From positions 96,001 through 160,000 of the forward strand of contig JBBIML010000008.1 of NCBI GenBank assembly GCA_037444405.1: a stretch of DNA of 64,000 bases. The letters are read 5' to 3'. Of this stretch, positions 26,985 through 37,265 are shown piece by piece. This stretch comes from Armatimonadota bacterium (GTDB lineage Bacteria > Armatimonadota > Fimbriimonadia > Fimbriimonadales > GBS-DC). A model generated the notes under the pieces. The model had not been told where the DNA came from, did not search any database, and saw only the letters and a program-made list of their open reading frames with translations. The position numbers and the translations under genes are program-made. Position 1 is the stretch's first letter. Every line of letters begins with the position of its first letter.

Positions 26985-29255
26985 TTATGCCGCCTGCTGA
27001 TCAGGACAACTGTCCAGCCAGCGGATCAGCACCTTCTGAAGCTGTTCTGCCTGAACGGGTTTGCTCAGGTAGTCGTTCATTCCGCAAGCCAGGCACTTCT
27101 CGCGGTCGCCTTCGAGCGCGTTGGCGGTGAGCGCAATGATGGGCACAGCTATCCCCATCGCCCGCAACTGCCGCGTGGCTTCGTAGCCGTCCATCTCTGG
27201 CATCTGGCAGTCCATCAGGATTAAATCATAGGCATTTTGGCTCGCTTTCTCGACGGCGTCGCGCCCATCGACAGCGACATCCACCTGTAGCTGACAGCGC
27301 GTCAGCATCCGCAGGGCGACCTTGCGGTTGATCTCGTTATCCTCCACCAGCAGCACGCGCTTGCCGCACAAGGAGGGGGATGGTGACCGCACCGCTGCGC
27401 CTTCCGCATGGCTGGATTGGGCTTCAGGCGCGTCGGCGGCGGGCAGGGGCAGCTCCACATAGAACAGACTGCCTTTGCCAGGCTCGCTGACGACGCCGAT
27501 TCGCCCGTTCATCAGCTCGGTCAGGCGTTTGCAGATGGCAAGCCCCAGCCCCGTGCCGCCGTAGCGGCGCGTGGTGGAGGCGTCCGCCTGCGTGAAGGCT
27601 TCGAAGATGGTTTCCTGCTTGTCGGCGGGGATGCCGATGCCTGTGTCCCGCACCCCTATCCAGATGCCCGAATCGCTGCGCCGAATCTGCAGGGTGACGC
27701 TACCCTCATGGGTGAACTTGATGGCGTTGCTGATGAAGTTCGCCACAATCTGGCGCAGGCGCACCGGGTCGCCCAGCACCCATTCAGGCGTGCTGGGGTC
27801 CACTTCCGCCTTGAGCAGGATGCCCTTCTCGCTGGCGCGACCGCTGAAGAGATTGACCAGCTCCCGCGCCAGTTCGCGCAGGTTCACTGGCACCCGCTCC
27901 AGCGCCAGCCGTCCCGCCTCAATCTTGGAAAGATCGAGAATGTCGTTGAGCAGTCCCAGCAGGTAGTTCGCGCTGTTTTTGAGCGTGTGGAGCATCTCCT
28001 GCTGCTCGCTGTTGAGCGGCGTGTCCTCCAGCAGCTGCACCATGCCCAGAATGCCGTTCATCGGGGTGCGAATCTCGTGGCTCATATTGGCTAAGAACTC
28101 CGACTTGGCGCGGCTGGCGGCTTCGGCGCGCACCGCCAGCTCCTGTGCATGCTCTAAAGCCTCCTGCAGACGCTCATTGATCTGCGACAGGTGCATCTCC
28201 GCCCGTTTGCGCTCGGTGATGTCGCGCACCAGCACCAGCACCTTGTCCGAATCGTAGGGCACTAACCGTGCCTCGAAATATTCCGGCTCACCACCCGCGA
28301 GCGGCTCAAGCGCATATTCGATGGTCTGCATGGAGCCGATGCTCATGGTCAGGTGGATGGCGTTTAATGCGGGTTCAACGATATGCGGTGGCAGAACCTC
28401 CCGTATTGTGCGTCCCAGAAACTGCTCTGGCGGCACATAGAGCCTGTCCACCGAAGGCGCGTGATATTGCAGGAATCGCCCTTCGCGACTAACGACGAAC
28501 ATCAGATCGGGCAGCACATTCAACAAAGACTGCAGATACTGCTGATGTTGATGCAGTTGTAAAGTGGCTTGCTGGCGATGGTGCAGAAAGCGCCATACTC
28601 CCAGGCTCCAGAGCAGCGCCACCAGTCCCGCCATCACCAGATTGCGCTGATAGCTGCGCCGAAGCGCGGCGAACTCTGCTCGGTAGGTATCCGCTGCCAT
28701 ATCCACGCCCAGCGCACCCACAATTTCACCGCGCGAGTTGCGCAACGGCACATAGGCACTCACATAATAGCCCCACGGACTGGGCAGGATGCCTGTCACC
28801 TGGGGAGTGCCCTTCTCAATCACCGCGAACATCTCCGGTTCCGCCTGGGGATACTCGTCCCAGATATACGACTTGTCTTCCACGCCGTCGCCATCGTTAT
28901 CGCCAGGCGGAGTGGCGTCCAGAATAAAGAAGATTTTGCCTTCTTTGAGCGTGAAGGTGTAGATGAACTTGATTTTGGGGTTGGTTCGCTGGATGCGCAC
29001 AAGCGGCTCGATGGCTTTTTGATATTTGAGGGTGTCCTCTTCGCCCTTTTTGAAGCTCAGGTGCTGGTCGCCATCGATGGTGGTGGCGGCGGCGAGCGCG
29101 GTGTGCAGGAGCATCTCATAGAGCTGCTCCTCCACCGCCTGCCGCGCCTGACGATAGAACAGGTGCAGGGTGAGCGCCATGATGCCGAGCAAGCCCAGCC
29201 CCGTCAGCACACTCAGCCCATAGATAGAGCGATTGCGCAGATACCAGCGTCCCAT
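26985..29255 (-). CDS. Hybrid sensor histidine kinase (Cache-like sensor, PAS, HisKA, HATPase, REC)
   Basis: [28 protein letters not shown] and [13 protein letters not shown]. Confidence 0.95.
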   Translation of the reverse strand: MGRWYLRNRSIYGLSVLTGLGLLGIMALTLHLFYRQARQAVEEQLYEMLLHTALAAATTIDGDQHLSFKKGEEDTLKYQKAIEPLVRIQRTNPKIKFIYTFTLKEGKIFFILDATPPGDNDGDGVEDKSYIWDEYPQAEPEMFAVIEKGTPQVTGILPSPWGYYVSAYVPLRNSRGEIVGALGVDMAADTYRAEFAALRRSYQRNLVMAGLVALLWSLGVWRFLHHRQQATLQLHQHQQYLQSLLNVLPDLMFVVSREGRFLQYHAPSVDRLYVPPEQFLGRTIREVLPPHIVEPALNAIHLTMSIGSMQTIEYALEPLAGGEPEYFEARLVPYDSDKVLVLVRDITERKRAEMHLSQINERLQEALEHAQELAVRAEAASRAKSEFLANMSHEIRTPMNGILGMVQLLEDTPLNSEQQEMLHTLKNSANYLLGLLNDILDLSKIEAGRLALERVPVNLRELARELVNLFSGRASEKGILLKAEVDPSTPEWVLGDPVRLRQIVANFISNAIKFTHEGSVTLQIRRSDSGIWIGVRDTGIGIPADKQETIFEAFTQADASTTRRYGGTGLGLAICKRLTELMNGRIGVVSEPGKGSLFYVELPLPAADAPEAQSSHAEGAAVRSPSPSLCGKRVLLVEDNEINRKVALRMLTRCQLQVDVAVDGRDAVEKASQNAYDLILMDCQMPEMDGYEATRQLRAMGIAVPIIALTANALEGDREKCLACGMNDYLSKPVQAEQLQKVLIRWLDSCPDQQAA

Positions 29256-29329
29256 TATCAGGGTGGGTTATTCCACAGTGATAGATGAAAGGTAAACTCC
29301 CTCTGGTCGGCATGAGGTAATCTGTCGAT

Positions 29330-30742
29330 GTGGTTCAGCGGGCGATTGAGCGGTTACGGGAGGCGCTGCGCGGCACGCCGTACGAGGGGCGGGTCTATCT
29401 CGTGGGCGGCTATGTGCGCGACAGGCTGCTCCAGCGCCCCCTGCCGAACGATCTGGACCTCGTGCTGGAAGGTGATGCGCTCGCACTGGCAAACTGGCTC
29501 TACGAGCAGGGCATCAGCCAGCACGCGCCCGTCGTCTATCGCAACTTCGGAACCGCGAAGGTCACTGTCGACAATGTGCCCATCGAGATTGTTACGGCGC
29601 GCGCCGAATCGTACCGCGCGGAGAGCCGCAAACCCATTCAGGTCAAGCCCGCCTCGCTCCATGAAGACGCCCTGCGCCGCGACTTCACCATCAACACGCT
29701 GCTGGAGAACCTGCACACCGGCGAGATTGTGGACCCGCTCGGCGTCGCACTGACTGACCTGCAGGCGCGGCGCATCCGCACGCCCCGCGAGCCGAAGCAG
29801 ACCTTCCATGAAGACCCGCTCCGCATGCTGCGTGCTGTCCGATTCGCCATCCAGCTCGATTTTTCAATCGACCCCGACACCTTCGAGGCGATTCGGCAGG
29901 AGGCGCACCGCCTGCAGATTATCAGTCGGGAGCGCATCCGCGACGAGTTCACAAAGATTCTGGAGCAGTCGGGCGCGGCGCAGGGGCTGCAGATGCTGCT
30001 GGAGAGTGGGCTGCTCGCCCAGTTTGCACAGCCCCTTCTGCCGATGGTCGGCTGCACGCAGAACCGCTATCACCTGTACGATGTGTGGACGCACAGCGTG
30101 AAAGCCGTCGAGTCGTTGCCGTCGGACGAAGTGCTGACGAGCTTGCCGCTGCCCGCGTGGGAGCTGCGCCTTGCCACACTGCTGCACGATGTGGGCAAAC
30201 CCGCCACGCGCACCGTCGACGAGCAGGGCGAGGTGCATTTCTACGGGCACGCCAGAGTGGGAGCAGACATCGCCCGCCAGTGGCTGCGCGAGATGAAGTA
30301 TCCCAACGCGACCATCGAGCGCGTGTGTCGATTGATTGCCCTGCATATGCGACCGGGTGAGTACAGCCCGCGCTGGAGCGATTCAGCCATCCGACGGCTG
30401 ATTCGCGATGCGGGCGAGCTGCTGGAGGCGTTGCTGATCATGGTGGAAGCCGACATTCGGGCGCAGCGTGCCGACATGCCGCGCGCCGATCTGAACGAGC
30501 TGCGCCAGCGCATCGAGGCGATACGGTGCCGCGAGGATACCCGCCGCTGGCAAAGCCCGCTCACGGGCGATGAACTGATGCAGCAGCTGGGCTTGAAGCC
30601 GGGCGCACTGATTGGCAGGCTCAAAGCGGCACTAATGAACGAGGTGCTGGAAGGGCGGCTCGCGCCCGACGATAAGGCGCACGCCCTGCAAATCGCCCGC
30701 GAGCTGCTCGCACGGTGGCGGGCGGATGAAACAGTGGCTTGA
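29330..30742 (+). CDS. cca: CCA tRNA nucleotidyltransferase with HD domain
   Basis: VGGYVRD...DLDL, EDALRRDFTIN, EDPLRMLRAVRF and LLHDVGKP. Confidence 0.85.
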   Translation: MVQRAIERLREALRGTPYEGRVYLVGGYVRDRLLQRPLPNDLDLVLEGDALALANWLYEQGISQHAPVVYRNFGTAKVTVDNVPIEIVTARAESYRAESRKPIQVKPASLHEDALRRDFTINTLLENLHTGEIVDPLGVALTDLQARRIRTPREPKQTFHEDPLRMLRAVRFAIQLDFSIDPDTFEAIRQEAHRLQIISRERIRDEFTKILEQSGAAQGLQMLLESGLLAQFAQPLLPMVGCTQNRYHLYDVWTHSVKAVESLPSDEVLTSLPLPAWELRLATLLHDVGKPATRTVDEQGEVHFYGHARVGADIARQWLREMKYPNATIERVCRLIALHMRPGEYSPRWSDSAIRRLIRDAGELLEALLIMVEADIRAQRADMPRADLNELRQRIEAIRCREDTRRWQSPLTGDELMQQLGLKPGALIGRLKAALMNEVLEGRLAPDDKAHALQIARELLARWRADETVA

Positions 30743-30769
30743 GCGTCTCGCTCAAGCAAATGACGATTC

Positions 30770-31717
30770 TTAGCGCTCGCCCGCCGCCTGCGCAATTAAT
30801 GTGCGTGGCGGGATGAATTCGATTTGCTCCTCCAGCAGCTGCAGGGTTTCGACCGTCGCGTCGGGATTGTAGCGCAGCAGCTCGTTCACGATGGCTTCGG
30901 TCGACTCTTCTGGTGTGGACGCGCCGCTGGTGATGCCAATCACGCGATAGTTGTGCGCCCATTCGGGGCGCACCTCGTCGGGTTCCAGCAGTAAATAGGC
31001 GGGCACGCCCTGCGCCCGCGCAACCTCACACAGGCGGTTCGAATTGCTGCTGGACTGGCTGCCGACCACCAGCACCAGATGGCACTGCTGGGCGAGCGCC
31101 TTGACCGCTGCCTGACGATTGGTGGTGGCGTAGCAGATGTCCTCCTTGCGTGGCAGCTCTATCTGGGGGAATCGGCGGCGCAACACGGCAATAATGGCAT
31201 TCGCCTCGTCCACGCTCAGCGTGGTCTGGGTGGCAATCGCGAGCGGGCGGTCGGGTGGAACCTGCACGCGCTCGGCTTCCTCCACCGTCTCCACCAGCGT
31301 GACCTGGTCGGGCGCGTGCCCCATGCTGCCCATCGCCTCCACATGCCCGCGATGCCCGATATAGAGGATGTGGTAGCCCTGTCGGGCGAAGCGGGTGATC
31401 TCGCGGTGAACCTTGCTCACCAGCGGGCAGGTGGCGTCCACCACGCGCAGGTTGCGCTCCGCCGCCTGCTGGCGCACGGCGGGCGAGACGCCATGCGCGC
31501 TGAACACCACCACCGAGCCAGGCGGGACCTCAGACAAATCCTCCACAAAAATCACGCCGCGCCGTTCAAACGAGCGCACCACATGCTCGTTATGCACAAT
31601 TGCGTGGCGCACATAGAGTGGCGTGCCGAACGCCTTCAGCGCAAGGTTCACCACCTCAATCGCGTAGGCGACGCCCGCGCAGAAGCCCCGCGGCGCCGCC
31701 AGAATAATCTTCTCCAT
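30770..31717 (-). CDS. ispH: 4-hydroxy-3-methylbut-2-enyl diphosphate reductase
   Basis: PRGFCAGV, SAHG, DATCPLV, ICYATTNRQ, SSNS and GASTP. Confidence 0.96.
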   Translation of the reverse strand: MEKIILAAPRGFCAGVAYAIEVVNLALKAFGTPLYVRHAIVHNEHVVRSFERRGVIFVEDLSEVPPGSVVVFSAHGVSPAVRQQAAERNLRVVDATCPLVSKVHREITRFARQGYHILYIGHRGHVEAMGSMGHAPDQVTLVETVEEAERVQVPPDRPLAIATQTTLSVDEANAIIAVLRRRFPQIELPRKEDICYATTNRQAAVKALAQQCHLVLVVGSQSSSNSNRLCEVARAQGVPAYLLLEPDEVRPEWAHNYRVIGITSGASTPEESTEAIVNELLRYNPDATVETLQLLEEQIEFIPPRTLIAQAAGER

Positions 31718-31733
31718 GCGCCCGAAGTATACC

Positions 31734-32933
31734 TCATCCCGTCGCTGCCAGCTTGCGGGGGATGCCCAGCGCGATCAGCCACACCAGCATCTGAATCAGC
31801 GCGGCGGAGGCGTAGGGTAGCGCGTCGCTGTAGTGCAATAGCCCGTTGCCCCAGATGGGACCGACGATTCGGGCGAGGCTCTCCAGCGAGCCTGCCACCC
31901 CCTGCACGCGCCCCTGCTCGTCCGTGCCTGCCGCCTGACTCAGCAGGCTGGTCAAGCATGGCAGCGCGAGCGAGCCGCCGATGGTCGCGACACCCGCCGA
32001 CAGCACAAACAGGGCTATCCAGGGGCTTAGCGCGGCAATCAGCAGCCCCGACAGGTTCAGCCCCAGCCCCAGCAGCAGAACATTGCGCTCGCCCAGCCGA
32101 TTGACCACCCGCCCCGTCAGCAGCGCTTGCGTGAACGCGCCGATAAGCCCTACCATCGTCAGCACATAGCCGTTCTCCACAGGTCCCAGATTGAACCGCT
32201 TATGGGTGAAGAGCGGAAAGGAGGTCTGATAGATGGAGAAGGTTATCCAGATGAGCAGGTTCATCCAGAGCAGGCGTCCGAGCGTGGGGCGTTGCAGGAG
32301 GTGGGGCAGCTCGCGCCAGGGCGAGGGTCGTCGCGCGGGGGTTGTGTGAACGGTTTCGGGCAGCCACCGCCAGCCGAGCGCGGCGGCAATCAGCGAGATG
32401 CCCGCCGCCGTCCACGCTGGTACATCCAGTCCGAACCGTGCCAGCCCGCCCCCCAGCGCCGGTCCGAGAATGAACCCCAGCCCGAACGCCGCGCCAATCA
32501 GCCCGAAGTTGCGCGCCCGCTCGCGTGGCTCGCTGATGTCCGCGATATACGCCCGAACCGTCGTGATGTTGCCGCCTGTGAAGCCGTCCACAATCCGCGC
32601 GGCGAACAGCCAGACCATGTTGCCCGCCAGCGCCAGCATCACAAAGCTCGCCGCCGAACCCAGCAGGCTCAGAATCAGCACGGGGCGACGACCCCACCGA
32701 TCCGACCAGTCGCCCAGAATCGGCGCGGCGAGCATCTGCGCCGCCGAGAAGGAGGCGAACAGCAGTCCGACCTCCCACTCCGACGCGCGGAACTGCTGGG
32801 CATAAAAGGGCAACAGCGGGATGACGATGCCGAACCCGATCAGGCTCACGCAGATGGTCAGAAAGACGGTCAGCAGCGCCCGCCGCTTAACGGCGGGCGC
32901 CGAATCGGGCGTGATACGCACCACGCGACTCAT
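31734..32933 (-). CDS. TetA/DHA1-like MFS efflux transporter
   Basis: GDWSDRWGRRPVL and GAAFGLGFILGPALGG. Confidence 0.9.
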   Translation of the reverse strand: MSRVVRITPDSAPAVKRRALLTVFLTICVSLIGFGIVIPLLPFYAQQFRASEWEVGLLFASFSAAQMLAAPILGDWSDRWGRRPVLILSLLGSAASFVMLALAGNMVWLFAARIVDGFTGGNITTVRAYIADISEPRERARNFGLIGAAFGLGFILGPALGGGLARFGLDVPAWTAAGISLIAAALGWRWLPETVHTTPARRPSPWRELPHLLQRPTLGRLLWMNLLIWITFSIYQTSFPLFTHKRFNLGPVENGYVLTMVGLIGAFTQALLTGRVVNRLGERNVLLLGLGLNLSGLLIAALSPWIALFVLSAGVATIGGSLALPCLTSLLSQAAGTDEQGRVQGVAGSLESLARIVGPIWGNGLLHYSDALPYASAALIQMLVWLIALGIPRKLAATG

Positions 32934-32934
32934 C

Positions 32935-35421
32935 TCAGTAGCGGCGTTTGCGCTTCGGCTTATTCGGGCGGTGAGGCTTCTTCGGCTTTGCGGTGGGCGC
33001 ACCCGTCGCTACAGGCTGCTCCGTGCTGGCTGGAGTAGGGGCTGGGGTGGAAGCGGATCGCGCGCCCGTCGCCGTCGCCCGCAGCGCGCTCTGCTGACGC
33101 TCCTGCGTGCGCGCCCGAAACGCCTCCCAGTCCACAATCATCTGGCTGGCGATGTAGATCGACGAGTAGGTTCCCACAATCGCGCCAATGGTCATCGCCA
33201 CATAGAAGTGGCGCAGATCGTGCGTGACCGCGCCCCAGACCATCAGCGCGATCAGCACCAGCACAAGGGTCAGGCTGGTGTTGATGGAGCGTGCCAGGGT
33301 CTGGTTCAGGCTCCGATTAACAATCGTCGCGAGCGATTCGCCTCTCAGCCGATGGCGCAGATTCTCGCGGATACGGTCATAGACCACAATCGTGTCGTGG
33401 ACCGAGAAGCCGATGAGCGTCAGCAGGGCGGTCAGGAAGAGCGCGTTCACCTCCCAGCCGAGCAGGTAGCCCAGCAGCGCCGAGGAGCCGACCACAATCA
33501 GCACATCGTGCGCCAGCGCCAGCATCGCCGCGATGCCGAACTTGAACCCGCTCCAGCCGCCCTCGATGGAGAAGCGCAGGGTGATATAGAGCAGGATGGC
33601 AATGAGCGAGAGGATGACGGCGGTGTAGGCGCGCTGCACAATCTCGGCGCGAATGCGCGGGCTGATGCTGGCGAAACTCACCTCTTTGAGCTCGCCCAGC
33701 GGCTGCAACGCTGCCAGGATGCGCGGCTTGTCCTTATCGCTTGTGTCCGCCACATGCACAATCAGCTGGCGGTTGCCCTCGGCGAACTGCGCTCCTGCCT
33801 TCGAAAAGCCCGCCTTGCGCAGCAGCGCGTTCACCTCGTTCAAGCTGGCGCGAATCGGCTGGCTCGATTCAACTACCAGCTCGCTGCCGCCGGCGAAGTC
33901 GATGCCCGGCTTCAGCCCGCCCAGCCCCAGCCAGAAGACCAGCCCGATGGCAATCAGGCTCCCGCTGAGCGCGTAGAACAGGCGGCGCCGACCCACAAAA
34001 TCGAACCGATCGCTCACCCGCTCCAGACCCTCGCCAATCGTCACGCCAATCTGGCGATAGAGACCGAACAGCTTCGGGTCGGGATGGACACCCATGCCAA
34101 CCAGCGAGTAGAGCAGCGTGCGCGTGCAGGTAATCGCCGTGAAGAAGCTGATAATCACACCAATCGCCAGCGTGGTCGCGAACCCCTGCACGGGACCCGT
34201 GCCGTAGTTGTAGAGGATGATACAGGTGATAATCGTGCTGAGGTTCGAGTCGAAGATGGCGGGGAAGGCGCGTTTGAAGCCTGCATCGATCGCCGCCATC
34301 AGCGTCTTGCCGATGCGCAGCTCCTCTTTGACACGCTCAAAAATCAGAATGTTGGCGTCAACCGCCATGCCGATCGAGAGGATAAAACCGGCGATGGCAG
34401 GCAGCGAGAAGGTTACCCCCACCGACTTGAACACCGCGATGGAGAAAAGAATGTAAAGCCCCAGTGCGATAACCGACAGCACGCCGGGCAGGAGGTAGTA
34501 GATGACCATAAAGAGCGCGACGAGGATCGTGCCGACGAGACCCGCCTGTAGGATGCGATCCCATGCGCGGGCGCCCAGAATCGGCTCGACGCGGTTAATC
34601 GTCTCCACGCGCAGGCTCACGGGCAGCGCACCCGCCCGCAGCAGGTCGCGCAGGCGTGTCGCTTCCTTGAGCGTGAAGTTGCCCCGTATCACGGGATTGC
34701 GCAGGTTCGCCGATTCCACCACAGGCGCCGAGATGATGCGGTTGTCCAGCACAATCGCGATATGCTCTTTGAGATAAAGGGAGGTGGCACGGGCGAACTT
34801 CTCTTCGGCTTCAGGCTTCAGATAGAGCGCCACCTCAGGGTTGAAGGTCTGGCGGACCACCTCCGCGTCACGCAAATCGTCGCCGGTGATAATCAGCGGG
34901 GAGCTTTGAATGATTTGCAGATATTCGGGCGTGCCCTCCTTGATGAGCTTGCCTGGCTCCTTGGTGTTGCCCAGATCACGGAAGCGCACAATCTCCTCGC
35001 CCCGCTCATCTTTTTCGATAGCCAGCTCATACCGCCCCGTGGGGTTCTTCTCGGTGCGCACATCTTTGAGGTAGCGGAATTCGAGGCGGGCAGTCACCGA
35101 GAGCAGGTCGAGCGCCTCCTGCTGATTGGTGAAGCCGGGCAGCTCGATCACGATTTCGCGGTCGCCCCGCTTGAAGATACCGGGTTCCACCACGCCCAGC
35201 GTGTCGATACGCTTCTGCAGGATGTCCGCCACCAGGTTCAGGCGGCTCTGATCCCAGCGCCGCTGTTCTTCAGGGGGCAGTTTCTCCACCTCTGCGCGGA
35301 GCGTCATGCGGATGCCACCCTTCACATCGAGACCCTGACGGGTCTTGAGCTTGGCAACGCCCCAGCCGGCGAGTCCCGCCAGCACAATAATGATGCCCAG
35401 ATAGATAAAATGCCGTTGCAT
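32935..35421 (-). CDS. secDF: Fused protein translocase subunit SecDF
   Basis: GLDVKGG, IGMAVDANILIFER, GIDFAGG and GFSVHDTIVVYDRIRE. Confidence 0.95.
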   Translation of the reverse strand: MQRHFIYLGIIIVLAGLAGWGVAKLKTRQGLDVKGGIRMTLRAEVEKLPPEEQRRWDQSRLNLVADILQKRIDTLGVVEPGIFKRGDREIVIELPGFTNQQEALDLLSVTARLEFRYLKDVRTEKNPTGRYELAIEKDERGEEIVRFRDLGNTKEPGKLIKEGTPEYLQIIQSSPLIITGDDLRDAEVVRQTFNPEVALYLKPEAEEKFARATSLYLKEHIAIVLDNRIISAPVVESANLRNPVIRGNFTLKEATRLRDLLRAGALPVSLRVETINRVEPILGARAWDRILQAGLVGTILVALFMVIYYLLPGVLSVIALGLYILFSIAVFKSVGVTFSLPAIAGFILSIGMAVDANILIFERVKEELRIGKTLMAAIDAGFKRAFPAIFDSNLSTIITCIILYNYGTGPVQGFATTLAIGVIISFFTAITCTRTLLYSLVGMGVHPDPKLFGLYRQIGVTIGEGLERVSDRFDFVGRRRLFYALSGSLIAIGLVFWLGLGGLKPGIDFAGGSELVVESSQPIRASLNEVNALLRKAGFSKAGAQFAEGNRQLIVHVADTSDKDKPRILAALQPLGELKEVSFASISPRIRAEIVQRAYTAVILSLIAILLYITLRFSIEGGWSGFKFGIAAMLALAHDVLIVVGSSALLGYLLGWEVNALFLTALLTLIGFSVHDTIVVYDRIRENLRHRLRGESLATIVNRSLNQTLARSINTSLTLVLVLIALMVWGAVTHDLRHFYVAMTIGAIVGTYSSIYIASQMIVDWEAFRARTQERQQSALRATATGARSASTPAPTPASTEQPVATGAPTAKPKKPHRPNKPKRKRRY

Positions 35422-35463
35422 GCGTGTTCGTCTCCTCCTGATACCTTCAGTGTCCGTGGGCTA

Positions 35464-36366
35464 TTATACCCCCTGAATCTTCGGCAATTCGCGATAGGTG
35501 GTGAGTCGGATACCTTCCTGCTGCAGCAGCGACCTGAACGCTGGCTCCAGCAGGATGCGCAGTTCATCCACGCGATATTGCCAGCTGTTCGTGATGGCGT
35601 GCCCTTCGGGGTCATCTTCGCCCAGATGCACGATCAGCTCCGTGACGCCCGGTTTGAGGTCGCGAATGAACTGGTGCAGGCGCTGGCGGTGCTGCTCGAA
35701 GGCTTCGCCGGGCGCATATTGCGGGTTCAGGTAATCGATGGTGGGGATGCCCGCCTGCTGGAGGCGCTTGTAGATGGGCATGTAGTCCAGCCCGCGCGTT
35801 TTTGCCATCAGCAATATCTCTGGCGTCGGGCTGAACACCATCGGTGTGATTTTGTATTCCATCGCCACCTTGAGGAACACCTCGAAGAAGCGCGGGTCGG
35901 CATAGAGCGTGCCCATGTGCGAGTCGAGGTGCGTGAGTCGCACGCCGAACTGCAGGGCGCGTTCGATCTGGGCGCGAATCTCGGCTTCCACCTCCTGCGG
36001 GCTGGCATGGCGCACCACCTCCTCCACCGAACGCCAGAGGAAGCCCTCTTTGTCGATAAGTCCCTTCACCCTGTCGGGGTGCGCCACAGGGCGCCAGCGG
36101 TAGAACTGCCATTCGCTGGTGAGCGTGAGGTGCAGACCCACATCGGCGGTCGGATTTCTGCGCACCCATTCGGCAGCGGCGGGGAACCACGGGCAGGGAA
36201 CCATCATGCTGACGCTGCTGACCACGCCCGCCTCGATCGCCTGAATCGTGCCCCGATTCTTGGCGTGGCACAAGCCGAAATCGTCAGCATGGATAATCAG
36301 GTACCGCTCCTTCGCGCGCGGCACAAACGCCTCCTGCTGACCAGCCAGACGACGATGAACGCTCAT
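35464..36366 (-). CDS. ChbG/YdjC family deacetylase
   Basis: LIIHADDFG, GLHLTLTSEW, THLDSHMG and ELIVH. Confidence 0.88.
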   Translation of the reverse strand: MSVHRRLAGQQEAFVPRAKERYLIIHADDFGLCHAKNRGTIQAIEAGVVSSVSMMVPCPWFPAAAEWVRRNPTADVGLHLTLTSEWQFYRWRPVAHPDRVKGLIDKEGFLWRSVEEVVRHASPQEVEAEIRAQIERALQFGVRLTHLDSHMGTLYADPRFFEVFLKVAMEYKITPMVFSPTPEILLMAKTRGLDYMPIYKRLQQAGIPTIDYLNPQYAPGEAFEQHRQRLHQFIRDLKPGVTELIVHLGEDDPEGHAITNSWQYRVDELRILLEPAFRSLLQQEGIRLTTYRELPKIQGV

Positions 36367-36567
36367 AGCAGAAGAGAAGTTCGCCAGATGGGAGCAGGTT
36401 CCTGCTTAACCTGCTTAAATTGGTTCGCGACCACGCTGGCTCGCGTGAGGTATACTATGAGTGGCTGCGCTGAATCGCACCCAATTTGGCAGGAATCGGC
36501 AATCGGGGCGCGAATAAGGAAAAATCGGTTCAATCGCCAATTCCAGATACACGGAGGTACATGACTG

Positions 36568-37089
36568 ATGAAACGATGGCTTCACGGGAGCGCACTCGGT
36601 GCGCTGTTGCTACTGACGGGTTTGCCGGCGCTGGCACAGCCGGAGGGCACCCTGCGTCTGCGACTGGGCGCCTACTTCCCCTCTGACGAGGATTTGCAGG
36701 CGTTCAATAAGACCTGGTTCGCCGTCGGACTGACCTATCAGACGATAGGCATCCCCTTTTTCGGCAGTTCGGCGACGGAGGTCAGCGCGGATCTGTTCAC
36801 CCATCAGACGGGTGGCTCGCGCGGCGCCGTCACGGCATTACTGGTCAGCCAGGTCTATGAGCAGCCGCTGGGCGCGGGCGATGCGCTGCTCCAGCTGCGC
36901 TTCGGTGCCGGCTTGTTCGTGGCGGACACCACGGGTCCGAGCAAAAATGTGTTTGGCGGACGCGTCGGGCTGACCCTCCAGCTGAACGAAACTTACAGCG
37001 TGGAGCTGAACTACGACATCACCGACCGCCTCGGACCGAATAACGACCGCGCCAACGGCTTCTCCGTCACGCTGGGCTACCGATTTTGA
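36568..37089 (+). CDS. Small outer-membrane beta-barrel protein
   Basis: Signal peptide, alternating beta-strand pattern and C-terminal beta-signal FSVTLGYRF. Confidence 0.8.
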   Translation: MKRWLHGSALGALLLLTGLPALAQPEGTLRLRLGAYFPSDEDLQAFNKTWFAVGLTYQTIGIPFFGSSATEVSADLFTHQTGGSRGAVTALLVSQVYEQPLGAGDALLQLRFGAGLFVADTTGPSKNVFGGRVGLTLQLNETYSVELNYDITDRLGPNNDRANGFSVTLGYRF

Positions 37090-37107
37090 CACGCGCGGGT
37101 GATTAGT

Positions 37108-37199
37108 CCCCTCATCCCCAGCCCCTCTCCCACGCTGTGGGAGAAGGGAGTTTAATCCCTCTCCCTCGCCTGCGGGGGAGAGGGTACGAGTGAGGGGGG
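37108..37199. repeat. CCCTCTCCC/GGGAGAGGG-type double-hairpin palindromic element
   Basis: Outer cccctca...tgagggg; inner hairpins ctcccac-gct-gtgggag and ccctctccc...gggagaggg, joined by tttaa. Confidence 0.75.
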
Positions 37200-37265
37200 T
37201 CTGCACACAATGCGCCCCGACTACAGTGACACCTGCAGGTATACTCCAGCCATCAGGAGTGATCG

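Noticed and set aside
32821..36564. Long plus-strand ORFs (576 and 600 aa), and similar ones at 40-1287, 1327-2313, 7369-8445, 20043-21233 and 46551-47519
   Set aside because: Antisense shadows of well-supported genes in high-GC DNA; no recognisable motifs.
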